Positions 38,255 through 50,241 of a DNA stretch of 64,000 nt are shown one piece after another. The stretch spans positions 415,731 through 479,730 of the forward strand of contig NMRA01000117.1 of assembly GCA_002633005.1 (NCBI GenBank), written 5' to 3'. The position numbers and the translations under genes are program-made. The DNA comes from Phoronis australis. Taxonomy: Eukaryota; Animalia; Phoronida. Under the pieces are notes generated by a model. The model ran no database searches, had not been told where the DNA came from, and worked only from the letters and a program-made list of their open reading frames with translations. Numbering within the stretch: the first letter of the stretch is position 1; each line of letters starts with the position of its first letter.

Positions 38255-38370
38255 TTTCCCTATGGGTGTGACTAGTGTGCTGCTTCCGTGAGGCAGTTTT
38301 TTGTGTGCCGCAACATGTAACATTTTTCTGGATTTTAATGAAATTTGATTCATGTGTTTCTGTTGACAAT

Positions 38371-38490
38371 TGGGAGGTAGTGTGGCCTAGTAGGTTGAGC
38401 GTCCGCCTCGTGTTCTCAAGCTGGTGGGTTCAGATCCCTTTGAACACCACCGCTAATCCCTTGAGTCCTGTCTCTGTCTCCCCAGCTCGG
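38371..38490 (+). mobile_element. tRNA-derived SINE relic
   Basis: A-box TGGCCTAGTAGG, B-box GGTTCAGATCCC, body shared with 19390-19447. Confidence 0.55.
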
Positions 38491-41400
38491 TCTTTAATTT
38501 GTGCGTATTTGTGTTATACGTATATGTATATTAATTAAATGAAAAATGGTCTCAGGTGCTTGTTGCATTAGGCCAGGCTGAGAGGCCAGTGCACGTCTGA
38601 TGCAACCTTTTGACAAATTGTGATTGTGTCTGCCTTCATATCTTCCAAGTTTTTCCATTGATCTGCATGAAATTTGTCCTGTATGTTCGGACAGAGGAGA
38701 TCCTGCACAAATGATGTTGATTTTTCAGATGAATTCAACAACTGCGGAAATGTTTTAAAAATGACCACTTCTTATTTTTTGCCATTTCTGATGCACACAC
38801 TCGCTGCATATCAGCATTCTGTGTTGCTCTGGAAGTTTTTACGTTTACCTCTTGATAAACCAAGTTTTCCGATAAATTTCTATGGAATTTGGCAAAAACA
38901 TTTCTTTTGAGATGATGAGGACACCATTCCAATGTCAGAAGGATTTGATATATTTCACCAAGGTCATTTTGATAATTTTCAAGTCTGTTTTTGGTGTTTG
39001 ATCATTATAAAATTTGTCAGATGTGTTTTATTGCCAAGACTTCTGTGGTAGCCCCTAGTGGCAATTTTTTTGTCTCTGCCTCTGTCTCAGTATATAAATG
39101 GATCTTTTTGAAATTTCATGCATCTGTTCTTGCTGTTGATTTTATGGCAGGCCAGAATACTGTGGCAGTTTGTTGTCTCTGCCTCAATGTCCAGCAAGTT
39201 CCTCACTGAATCTTCTTGAAATGTGGTTTTTGTATGCTTCTGTTGAGGAGATCAGGGCTTGATGTCTGTATTATGTACCAAAATTTTCAGTGGATCTTCA
39301 TGATGTTTGACCATTGTGTTCCTGGTATAGAGGCCACAGCTGAATCTCGATTTATTTTTGAATGAATTAATCTAATCTAAAATTATTTTTAAAGCATATT
39401 AAGTGCACCCTTTATTGTGATGGACATGGTGAGTTGCATATCAACGCTTTATGTTTCTCTTGTTACAAAATGTGTTATTTATAACTCTGAATGAAAGTAA
39501 TTATTCCAAAAAATTCCCTGTTTTCCCCATCGACACTGAATTTTGCTCCTCAATCAGCCCAAGTTTTATTCAGGAATGCCACTTGAAGCCATTTGTTGGT
39601 TACTTTCCAAAGATTATTATAGATTGAAAAGTGATTCATCAATGTTTGAGCTCCCTGAAAGTTATCCACTATACTGTTACAGAAAATGCAGGATACATAT
39701 GTAATACACTGATCGAAAAACAATTACCTTCCAGTTTCAAAAGTAATGCGTCATTTCGGTTTAAAGATATATTGTTTTTACAAATATGGCATGCAGTTGT
39801 CTATCACTGAAAAAATAATTTGAGGTCTTAACATTTGTCAATCATCTGAATGTCCCCACCTTGTATTTAGCCAGTTGCAAAAATCTTGTGGTTGTAAGTC
39901 TGTGTTCCATCTAGGAAGCGACCTTAGGATTTAGGCCACTTACTGCGCTCTACACTGGTCTCAACTTGTTATGTACTCAAATAGGAAGGGATTTATGAGT
40001 TTGCACAGTACTAACAATTTGTTATTTATTGAGACTATGCTCAGTATGTACATGACGTAACAAGCCAACTTGTAGAGCTTAGTCTCAAGTATTAACAAAG
40101 TGACAGTACTTTGGAAGCCCTGAAATTGTCTCCAATTTGTCCATAGAGTCATTTTAAAACAAATTTCATAACGAATGGAAAGCAGGTTTATAGCCGCATG
40201 AAATACTCTTCAAAGAGATCTAAATTGAAAAAATAAAATATTTATTTTACGTAAATATTAACGATGGAATAAAACAAACTATCCTTAGATATCTAGACTT
40301 GAACTTCACAAGCAATACATGTTCAAATGTAAAATTATTGATAAAGTATCAGGTAGAGGTCTGACAGGGCCACCAGATGTAGAGCTAGGGTCTGAGCTGT
40401 CTGCCTCATATGGATAGCTGAGCTGAGGCATGAAAATGTGACAAATGTTGAATGAAATGGCTACTAGTCACTCCATTGTTCTTGTCCTGATTTCAAGTGT
40501 CAACAGAGCTATCATTCACTTGAGTCAGGCAGCTCAGTTTGTAGATCTGTCTGCAGTGGCCTTTAAAGTAACAAGAGTAGTGGGCTTGTTCTCTTGACTG
40601 CAAAAGACGGTGAACTTTTTACCCAGGTATCCGTCTGGAATATTCAGGTGGTGATGTTGTGCAATGTCAGCTAATAGGAATATGGTCTGTGGCGTTTGGA
40701 CAACTAGTCAAAACAGGTTGCAACAGAACAGTTAAAGAGATCATTGAAAATTGATTTGATGTAAATTCCTTGCCCTCTTGGTGCAGCTGAATGTCAATGA
40801 GTTTTTAATGTTCAGAATGTTGTTTAAGTTACTGGCTTATTTGTTTGTAAATGGGTGAAGTGCTTTTTGACTTTTTGTCTTTTTTTGCAGTGGCTAAACT
40901 TGGTGTTGACGTACTTCCTATTTTACAAAAAAACGGAATGCATGATCTTGTGACAAACAACACACGCCCAACGAGTGATTTGTGACCAATATTTTTTTCA
41001 ACCCAATTACTAGTCTAGACATTATGTATAGCGTTTTCTTTGAAACAAACCTACAATACACACCGAAAGTAATCACTCAAAATTAATTTGCCTGTGATGA
41101 TGCCTGAGTGCTAGTGGATTGTCCCTGTCACGGCAGATAGCTGTCGTTGAGAGGAGCTGGAATGACGCGTCATGATGAGTCATAGACACATAGATATGCG
41201 CTCACTTACCATTTGGACATATGTCTCTTACATTATGAAACTACATGTAACAAGCAGCAAAAAAGGTATACATACCGGTAATCTGACAAATTCCTCTCTA
41301 AGCCCATAGATATGTTTTATAATGTACTTACACTTATTTGAGCATAGTTAATGAGAATTTAGATACTCGACATCAGATTTTTTAAGTTTGTTTCCCATGT

Positions 41401-41609
41401 GTCAATTGAAACATGCAGTACGTACTGAATAGGGATCCCACGAGTCAATTGAAACATGCAGTACGTACTGAATAGGGATCCCATGAGTCAATTGAAACAT
41501 GCAGTACGTACTGAATAGGGATCCCATGAGTCAATTGAAACATGCAGTACGTACTGAATAGGGATCACATGAGTCAATTGAAACATGCAGTACGTACTAA
41601 ATATGGATC
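41401..41609. repeat. 43-bp minisatellite, ~4.8 copies
   Basis: (GTCAATTGAAACATGCAGTACGTACTGAATAGGGATCCCATGA)n starting at 41401, 41444, 41487, 41530 and 41573. Confidence 0.95.
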
Positions 41610-42123
41610 ATCATATGTAAGGGTTGATGTCTCATAGTTCTTTGTAAGTCAGTGAGGGCTGCTCAGGTGAAAACAGAAGTGGTTGGGAATCAAGAGATCA
41701 TTGAAAAAATCTTGAAAAGTTATAGTTGGCAAGGAGAAATCGACTAGGCTATTTGTTGTGTGGAGTATCATTTATTTCTATCTAGTTTAAGTTTCATGGA
41801 CCAAGAAAAGGAGTTAACAATTTATAATGCTGAATCTGAAATCTGTAATTTCTGAAGTCACACATTTTCCTTGTTGAACGTCATGGGGTGGAAACAGTAT
41901 TTTGCCTGATTTCTTTTGGCATCTCCTGTAGACTTGTATTTGTGCAGAGCAGGTAATTAGGGTCATGGAAGTACACTTTGGCAAAGGTTTTGACTGGTGG
42001 GTTCTACATGATGGCAACCACACAAATGACCACACCATCAGGGAGTCGGCTTCATGGTGTCAGACTAATTAATAAGGATCTGCTAGTCATGTGGTTAATG
42101 TTATTAACTCTTTTGCGCTGTTA

Positions 42124-42148
42124 GTGTGTGTGTGTGTGTGTGTGTGTG
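42124..42148. repeat. (GT)n microsatellite
   Basis: ~12 GT units. Confidence 0.95.
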
Positions 42149-42249
42149 GTCATGGGTGATGCATCTATCTGGTGAATGTGTTGTTTTCAGTCCTTGAATT
42201 GAAGGGTTGAGGAGCCTATGCTTCTGCTGCTTTGTCCACTGTCAAACTG

Positions 42250-43497
42250 CATTCTCACTCACCATTCAAATGAACTCATTTATCCCACGTGCACTCCATG
42301 ATTACGACTTAAGATGAGTTTGATTTCAGATGACTGCTCACCCATTATTGCTAATGAAATTAATTCCAGAGATTTGGAGACGTGGAGTTCCAAAATGCTA
42401 AACCCTGCTGTATCTTCAGGGTATCCTTAAACCATTTCCCCATTTCCTACCTCGACTTTTCTAAGATGGGTTCGCTGATAATAATATTTAGTCAGGACTG
42501 TTGTTGCAGCCGGCCTCCTCCCGTTCGCAGGTCTGTTGTTGCAGCCTGTGGCCCAAGGCCTGTAGTTGCAGGCTTCAATTTCTAGTCATTAGTTCTAGTT
42601 CACTTTACTTCCATCTCGTTATGTTCTTGTTTTTTATATTCTAGCCTTATGTATTCTAATTTGCTGTTCTCCTGTTTAGTACCTATATTTTATCATAGTC
42701 TAACCTTGTTATTGCCCGGGTTTCGTTTCCTCGGATGGGCGATGTCAGCATTCCCGTGCTGCCATTATGGCGTTTTGTGCATGCCCATCTTGCAGAGTCT
42801 TAGTTAGTTTTATCTATTACGTCATAATAAATGACAAATATTCCCAATCCTCCTCTTGTTTTACTCTGCAACATAGCTCGTGGCGTACCCCGGGCAAAAT
42901 AGATTACGATAAATTAAATTTAACTTGTTAAATGCATTTATCGTCATTATTTTGACACTTGTCTCTTTATTTTGAGACCAGTCCTTAGGGTTTATTTTGC
43001 ATTACTCATCTCTATTTATAGCCTCTAGGGCCTACTTTTGTATTCATACGTTTCTCTACGCGACTCCTGATTGGTCGCCCATATTTCCTTTGTTCTGTTC
43101 AACGTGGTCTCTCATTCAGCCACCTACCTCGTCGTCTACAAGACCTACGTTCGTTCTCTTCATTTTTTCCCCACCCCCCATCCCGGGTGTCGGTTCCACT
43201 TTCTCTTTGCTCGTATACATTTCCTGTTAGGTTTTTTCAAGTTTTGTGTTCATGTTCTGTACTTTTCCTTTAAGCCCTTCAGGCAGTTCTTTTGTTTTGT
43301 TCCCTCTTGCAGGGCTATTCATTGTACACGCCGGTGGGCGTTTTGTGCATGCCCATCTTGCAGAGTCTTAGTTAGTTTTATCTATTACGTCATAATAAAT
43401 GACAAATATTCCCAATCCTCCTCTTGTTTTACTCTGCAACATAGCTCGTGGCGTACCCCGGGCAAAATAGATTATGATAAATAATATTTATTTATTT
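42250..43497 (+). mobile_element. Probable LINE 3' fragments in tandem, sharing a ~146-bp near-identical 3' end (42769-42914 and 43337-43482)
   Basis: NSFIPRALHDYD at ~42273 resembles the LINE ORF2 C-terminal SFFPRTxxDWN motif. The direct repeat GGCGTTTTGTGCATGCCC...GGGCAAAATAGATTAYGATAAAT is each time followed by an AT-rich tail. Confidence 0.55.
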
Positions 43498-43537
43498 TTC
43501 GGTTTTTCATTATTAGGGCGCTCTCATTGCAAAACTG

Positions 43538-46500
43538 TTTTTATGTGCCCACATATTTATATGTAGACGCATTATGCCGTCATCTCCATCCGGCATCCGC
43601 TGCTCTATCTCCAAAACCCTTTGACATACGTTCATGAAATTTTGCTCATACCGTAAACGTTCGAGTTAACGCCATGGGCAGTTAAATTGGCAAATCCAAA
43701 AATTCGGGGATGGGCGGTTAACCAGACATGGGCGCTTAAACGTGAAATCAGGGGTGGGTGGTTAACGGAACATGGGCGCTTATTACGACAGACAACCGCC
43801 CTGGGCGGTTAATCTTACCTCGTGATCCCAGTCCCTACACGTAGTTGGAACGCGTAGCACTTTTCCGAGCTTTCACCACGTCGCCAAATGACGGTAAAAA
43901 TGTCATAACAGCGGATGATCCCAACAAAGGTTCTGTTGCTCTCAGATTATTTCAGTTAAATTTACAAAATTGCTGAGTAATAGCCCGTACCGTCCTGCCG
44001 TCTTGTTAGAGCTGTACCTGTAGAGCGCAGACAACTTATGCAGCGCTCCACTTGGATTGCAACTATGCTCACTGACGTGGTGACAGTGCAAAGTGCGCGC
44101 GTGTACGCTTCATGTGCTGCTTAGGTCACAGCAGAGTCACGAGTTAGTTGTCAAGTTCTGAGTTAGAGGGCAGTTTTAAATTATTTGTAATTAAAGTTTA
44201 AAAAACGAAATTCAGGTGTTTTTTTGCGTTTGGGATGTTTATGTTCAAGACTCAGTTATTCAATGACATTTTCAAGGTAAGATTCTACAGCTGTTTTATT
44301 TTGACCGCCCGGCTGAGGTTGGCAGACATAAGCCAATCATCAATCAAAAGTTACCACAAAGGCATTACTCAAAAAAGTGCTTAATATTTTAATGTTAAAA
44401 AATACTAACACTATGAATGGGATGAGTCTAATGAACCCATATAGTAGAGTCTGAGATAGAAGTAGTTCATACACAAGTACCTGCGTTGGTAAAAATAATT
44501 CGAAGACGAAGCCTGCATTATTCAGGTAACCGGCACCAGTGGTTTGTTCCAACGAGCAAAGCGTCCTTACTGAGTCGGTGTTGTTAGGAACAGGACTCGG
44601 CGCTAGGCATAACGAGCTGCAGGCCGCATTGGCCACCTGAATTTTAAAAACGCGAGCCAAGATTTTAGTCCTCTTGTATTTAGTCTTAACATGCGACCTG
44701 AAATTTCCAATGTACAGGCCACGGCATACATGTGTGTGATAAAACGTCACAAAACAGCATTGTTAAACGATCAACTTACCAAATTTTGTTGTGGAAAAAC
44801 ATTTTTATTTTACATGCAAGATTTCCAGATTATCCTTTTATATAACCTATAATATCGTACTGCGACACTGTTCGGTCCCGCTGTTTGCGCGCATTGTCCC
44901 CGCAAACAATCGCGACTTGGAAATGTCGGCAAGTAGCCTAATCAGGTTTTTTAATATGGGTCTCGTTCTTTATGGTAAACGACAGCAGCAAACAGATTCT
45001 CAAGACCTTGTTTCTGGGGTTGAGCACGCGCATATGAGTCACCTGTCAATCACATGTGCAGTCAAGGTAACTTGCACTCCAGAGCGCGGGAACCACACCA
45101 AAGTTGCACATCAAAAGAGAACAGCGACAGCGGCTTGACTGTAGGTTTACACTGAACTTGGGCCTCCTGCTCTTTAAAAAAAAACAATGTACTCCAAAAC
45201 TGCGACGCGAAGTCTCAGTTCTGATAATTCGTGGCTCGATGTTCCCTAGGCCCCAGGGGTTCACCCCCTCCCACTGCTGCCAATTGACCTATCGCAAGCT
45301 CCGCCCCCTTGCGTAATGTCGAGTAACAAACATTAAGTTTTACCCGGCAACGTGTTGTCTGTCGGGTAAAACGGCGGCTTGGAAACGAAGGTGCGTTTAT
45401 AATGCTGCGTTCTAAATGGTCAGTTAAGCCGTCACTCAAAATCCAGGCGATAGGTCAATTTTCAGTCAGCCTACGTCGTAGATATTTCAAACTGGAATGG
45501 GAAGGATTTTGCTCCAGTTGAAAGTAGCCAATGAAGAAACAAAATTATTTGGGAGGCTAAAAAGGCAGGTAGAAACAATATTCACAAAGTTAAGGGAATT
45601 CTTGAAAATCCGAGAGCTTTCCACCTAAAGCAAATTAGGATTGTTGGCAAGACCACTGTCACGTTTCGCGGGCTTTATTTTTTTTGAATATATGTTTTAT
45701 CCAGAGCACTGCAGACGGAAACTTAACGCAGCAGACGGCACCAACAAAATTGTAGTATTGAAGCTGGCGGGGTTCTTAGTTTTTGCAAAAATGGGAAGAA
45801 AATAAAGTGACAAAGCGTTCAACGTATTACATTTTGAAGCAAATCCATGACCCGGTACAATAATTTGTTACTTGTATTATAATTCACATTGCCAAACCAC
45901 TGTCTTCGACGCTGTCGTTGCATTCTTTATTATCATCAATTTTTATCTAAAAATGGGTAATCGTGCGTTTCCTTGTCACTGGGCGCGTAATCATCAGTCT
46001 TCAAAAGTCGGAGATGGGCGCTTAAGCGAGAGGTGGGCACTTAACTGGAAATCTTCAAAAATCGCAGAGGGGTGGTTAGCTGAGCAGTGGGCGATTAAAT
46101 CGAAAATCCACCTAAAGTAGGGGATGGGCGGTTAAGTGAACATGGGCGTTAACCCCAACGTTTACGGTATGTTCCTCTCATGGATGAGACAGCATGAGTT
46201 AACTTTCGGACATATCCGATTATCAGTGTTACCCCCTAATGATAATTTTAGTTTTTTACGCTTACCGCTATATTTTCAAAGATCCTCAAGGTATTTTCAT
46301 AAAATTTGGCATATGGGCATCTATTAGTGAGATGATGCTATCGTCTTGTTTTCGGATGGATTCGACGTAGTTTTCGCCACCTAGTGGCCATTTTTTAGTC
46401 TGTTTTTTTGGCGCCAACCCTCTATCAACCAAACCGCTCTAAGGATGATTGCGGAAATTGGCATGTAGGTTTTTGCTATGAAGAGGACAGCTGATGATGA

Positions 46501-47690
46501 TTTTCTGACAATTTTGACTACTGTGGCGCCTCCTAGTTGCAGTTTTGTTGGCATGATCTTTACTAAATTCTGCAAGTGTATTTATATGATGTTGACAATG
46601 GAAGAGGACGACTTTCGGACGGATCTGACTACCGGTTTGCCCCCTAGTGGCAATTTAATTTTTTACGTTTACCTCTGTATCTTCAAAAGTCCTCAACGTA
46701 TCCTCCCATTTTCGGATGGATTTGCGCTACCTAGTGGCCATTTTTACTGTTTTTAGTCTTTTTTGGCGTCCACCCCTCTATCAACCAATCCACTCTAAGG
46801 ATGATTGTGAAAATTGTCATGCATGTTCTTACTACGAAGCTGACGATGATTTTTTGACAACTTTGACTACTATGTCGCCTCCTTGTGGCAGTTTTTTTGC
46901 GCCCATGGCTGTATCTCCTAAACTGTTTGCAGCATCTTTGCTAAGTTTAGCTAGTGTATTAATATGGTGTTGACAATTGATGACAACAACTTTCGGACGG
47001 ATCTGACTACCAGTGTTCCTCCTAGTGACAATTATTATTTTTAGGCTTACTTCTGTATCTTCATTGGTACTCAACAGATTATCAGAAAGTTTATTTATTG
47101 GTGAGATGATGCTATCCTCTCGCTTTCGGGTGGAATTGAGGTACTTTGCGTGTCTTAGTGGCCATTTTTCCTGTTTTCGAGTCTTGTTTTTGGCGTCCAT
47201 TCCTCGATCAACTAAACCATTCTGAGGATGATTTTAAAAATTGGCGTATATTTTCTCAGTGTGAGGAGGACGGTTGACGATAACGAATTTGACTACTGTG
47301 GCGCCTCCTAGTGGTGGTTTTGTCTTGTTTTGCACCAATAGCTGCGTCTCCTAAACTCACTGCAGGATCTTTCTTAAATTTAGTAATCGTATTTATATGA
47401 AGCTAACAACAGACAACGACGTCTTTCAGGCGGATCCAATGAACGCTGTGCCCATAGTGGCAATTTCATTTTTTCTGTTTTCCTTTGTTTCTCTGAAGTT
47501 CCTTGACAGAAATTTGGTAAATAGCTTTCTAATAAATACGGGATTGCATGTGCCCATTTTCAGATAGATTGAACGTTTTTTCTCCATCTAGTTCCTATTT
47601 TTATGAAACAAATAAACAACCCTAGAAGCACTTCGTTTGCGGTGTATTCGTATGAGCATTTCAACCCTCTATTTTGCTCTTGTAGTATTT
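43538..47690 (+). repeat. Helentron/DINE-like host repeat split by the 43651-46167 insertion; three ~350-430-bp subunits at 46320-47580
   Basis: TTCATGAAATTTTGCTCA(TA)TGTTCCTCTCATGG rejoins across the insert; repeated GAGATGATGCTATC, CCTAGTGGCCATTTTT, TTTGACTACTGTGGCGCCTCCT and CGGATCTGACTAC blocks. Confidence 0.6.
43651..46167 (-). mobile_element. Gap-free 2.5-kb diverged copy of the Tc2-like CCGTA family, inverted relative to copies 1 and 2
   Basis: TA|CCGTAAACGTTCGAGTTAACGCC ... GGCGTTAACCCCAACGTTTACGG|TA; subterminal blocks are reverse complements of those in 2095-4011; no transposase ORF seen. Confidence 0.88.
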
Positions 47691-47720
47691 GCAACTATTT
47701 TTCATTGTGGATTGCAAAGA

Positions 47721-49196
47721 CCGTATTTGCCTTAATAACCGCCCAGGGCGCTTAGAAAAGTTCGTTTCAGAGGGGGCGCTTATTATAACCCAAGGCCGTT
47801 GAAACCCGGTCTCCGAAACGGGTGAAATCGGAAGCTAAGACTCATTATATTTATGCTACGTGACCTATCTGTAATCTATGAAAGACTCTACAAAACCATG
47901 GTGCATTGCTATCAAACTTTGCTGCTAAATTATGATCATTTTACAGAAAATTGTGCTGAAATCCCAGGGCGAAAACTCGCCGACTGCCTGCCTTGCAATC
48001 GTTGATATGGCAACTTGAATGCTTGAACAAAAATACAGTTTCGACTCAAGCAAATTACCTGAAATCCTCCTTAAATTTTCCAAGTAGCGTCCCTAAGATT
48101 TTTAAGTTCCCGTGGAGTCGGGATCATGGCAGGTTTAAGTACAAATCTGTGCTATATCGTGCCATCTACATGTATGATCAGCAACATGAGAAAAATGTGT
48201 GGATGAACACACATGTTGTCACGCGACATTTGTTTTGAAGTTGTCTGCGTTTGTGAGTAAGCGAGCGCGTACGTGTCACCAGAGTTCATTTGCCAGAGCA
48301 GAGACCGTCTTTTGGCCAGAGCCACGCAATCTAACGAGCTAGATGTGCATTGTATCTAAAGAAATTGCACAAGCAGTAGGCTTAAACCAGAGCGTGTTTC
48401 ATGTGCTAAAAACGTTCGACATTTGTCTCGGTAAGGCCCATATTAGTCGCCGAGTGGCTGGATGCGTAGCCCTATGTGACTATCTGAGAGTTATTTTTCG
48501 GTATAAAGATGTGTAAGCATTCACTGTCAGTTGTCATTTTATCGGATATTTGGCTTAAAACACCAGTTATGGTTAATCAAACAATTCATTTTAAAAATAA
48601 CGCAAACATTTTTATAGTATGAGAAACTGTCGGAAATTAGTGCCAATATTCATTTCTTGCCGATGCTATGCTACCCATTTCATGAATGGATAGTTCCCGA
48701 CTAATGCCTTTGATGACAGGTTCATGTATGTAGCACACGCTTTCTGGCCAAGTTGTTAATTAGTCTTCGATTCGCGGTTTTCACGTGTAGGCCTGCAAAG
48801 AAATTTGGATTCCTGTTGAAAGTGGAAAATATCTACAAAGCAATCCCGTAGACAAGTACACTACTTCTGTTCTGAAAGGCTAGAACATTGGTCCTCGCAA
48901 TATCAGCAGAACTTTTGTGTTCGTTTTGAGGCATGGCGGAAGTTTGAAGTGTCTAGTCATGGCTAAATTCTGACATAACAGCGAGGCTCGCGATCTACAA
49001 ATTCTGCGCACAGTGATTTTTTTCAGGACTGTCAGATATTATTGATAAATTGAAGACGTTATTGTAGAATTTGAGAACTGTAGGTAAGGCATTTTTTGCA
49101 CTTACACGTTCTTGGACTGGGCGCTTATTTCAGCAAAGTCTGAAAACGCATGGGGGGCGCTTATAGGGGCATGGGCGGTTATTACGGCGAATAAGG
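47721..49196. mobile_element. Second CCGTA-type (Tc2-like) non-autonomous element, ~1.48 kb
   Basis: CCGTATTTGCCTTAATAACCGCCCA ... TGGGCGGTTATTACGGCGAATAAGG|TA; GGGCGCTTA subterminal repeats; left TSD reads GA rather than TA. Confidence 0.75.
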
Positions 49197-50098
49197 TAAA
49201 TGTTCTCAATCATGCACGCGTTTTACAGTCAGTCACGTGATGGAAGATGTACTTAAATTTTGTCCCTATGTAGTTATAGTGTAACAGTCTATTCACAGTA
49301 ACAGCTATGCTAACCTCCAACCCACAACACAGCTAAGGGCGACCAAACTTTCTCTTTACTAGCAACTAGCCACCAACTTGCTAGCTGATTGGTCATGTAA
49401 CAAACATTGTGTAATAACAATGCTTCCGTGTTGCACTTCCCCCCTCGAATATAACGCCATCTGGACAGAAAATGGTCTTTTGAAATGCTCGGCTTTCTAA
49501 CTTGCTGGTTATTTTAAGCATCATCTCAATATACAGACAATTCTACTAAAAATGTGATAACATATTTGTCAGAATGTGGAAGGCTGGAATGATAAAAACT
49601 ATAGTATTTGAAAGAACATCTCATCATGCAGTAGTTCCTATGTCACACTGAGCAGAATTTTTTCCTGATTACACTGATTACACAATGTATATGTTGATGG
49701 AAATGATCAATGTTTTCTACTGAAATATTCTGTTGTTCACTTTTAACATTCTGTCTACCATGTACAGTTCAAGCACCTTACAAAAAACTCCCAAAACTAT
49801 TTTTAAATGTTCACTGTAACCAAAGTTTGCTGTAAGCAAATAAATTGAAAACATGATAGCGAAAAGTTTTAAAGCAATCAAACAGTAAAAACTAGGTTTT
49901 TTTGTTAAGTGGTTCCAACTATCTTTCCACCTCTTTTCACTAAATTCTTCACTAAATTCATTTACTATATCTCCAAATCATTCCATTGTTTTTTATGAAA
50001 GACTTCGTGTTAGCTACAAATTTACTGAACTGAGTGGACGACTTCTTTTTCATCCGTTGTTGGTGCACCTGCTTATTGTTGATTTTCTTGTTAACTAG

Positions 50099-50241
50099 GT
50101 CACAGTAACGTTGTGGAGGTGTTGTTGTGCACCAAGGCCAATGTACAGTGCAAGATGGGAGATCTCACAGCTTTGGACATTGCACGAGACTTTGACCATA
50201 AGGAGGTAGCCGAGTTGATTATCAAATCCACCAGTGCATGA
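50099..50241 (+). CDS. Ankyrin-repeat protein, terminal coding exon
   Basis: TTAACTAG|GT CAC: (G)HSNVVEVLLCTKANVQCKMGDLTALDIARDFDHKEVAELIIKSTSA-TGA. It completes the LAAMHGH ankyrin repeat across a 12.8-kb intron; the total CDS of 1545 nt is in frame. Confidence 0.9.

Noticed and set aside
37962-38369. ORF with (NVSCSLL)n repeats
   Set aside because: Translation of the 21-bp minisatellite
42710-42900. Possible minus-strand hammerhead ribozyme (CTGACA...CGAAACCCGGGCAA)
   Set aside because: The core is CTGACAT rather than CTGANGA, and stem I does not pair; other CTGATGA sites checked (15611, 18511, 35961) lack stem II plus GAAA
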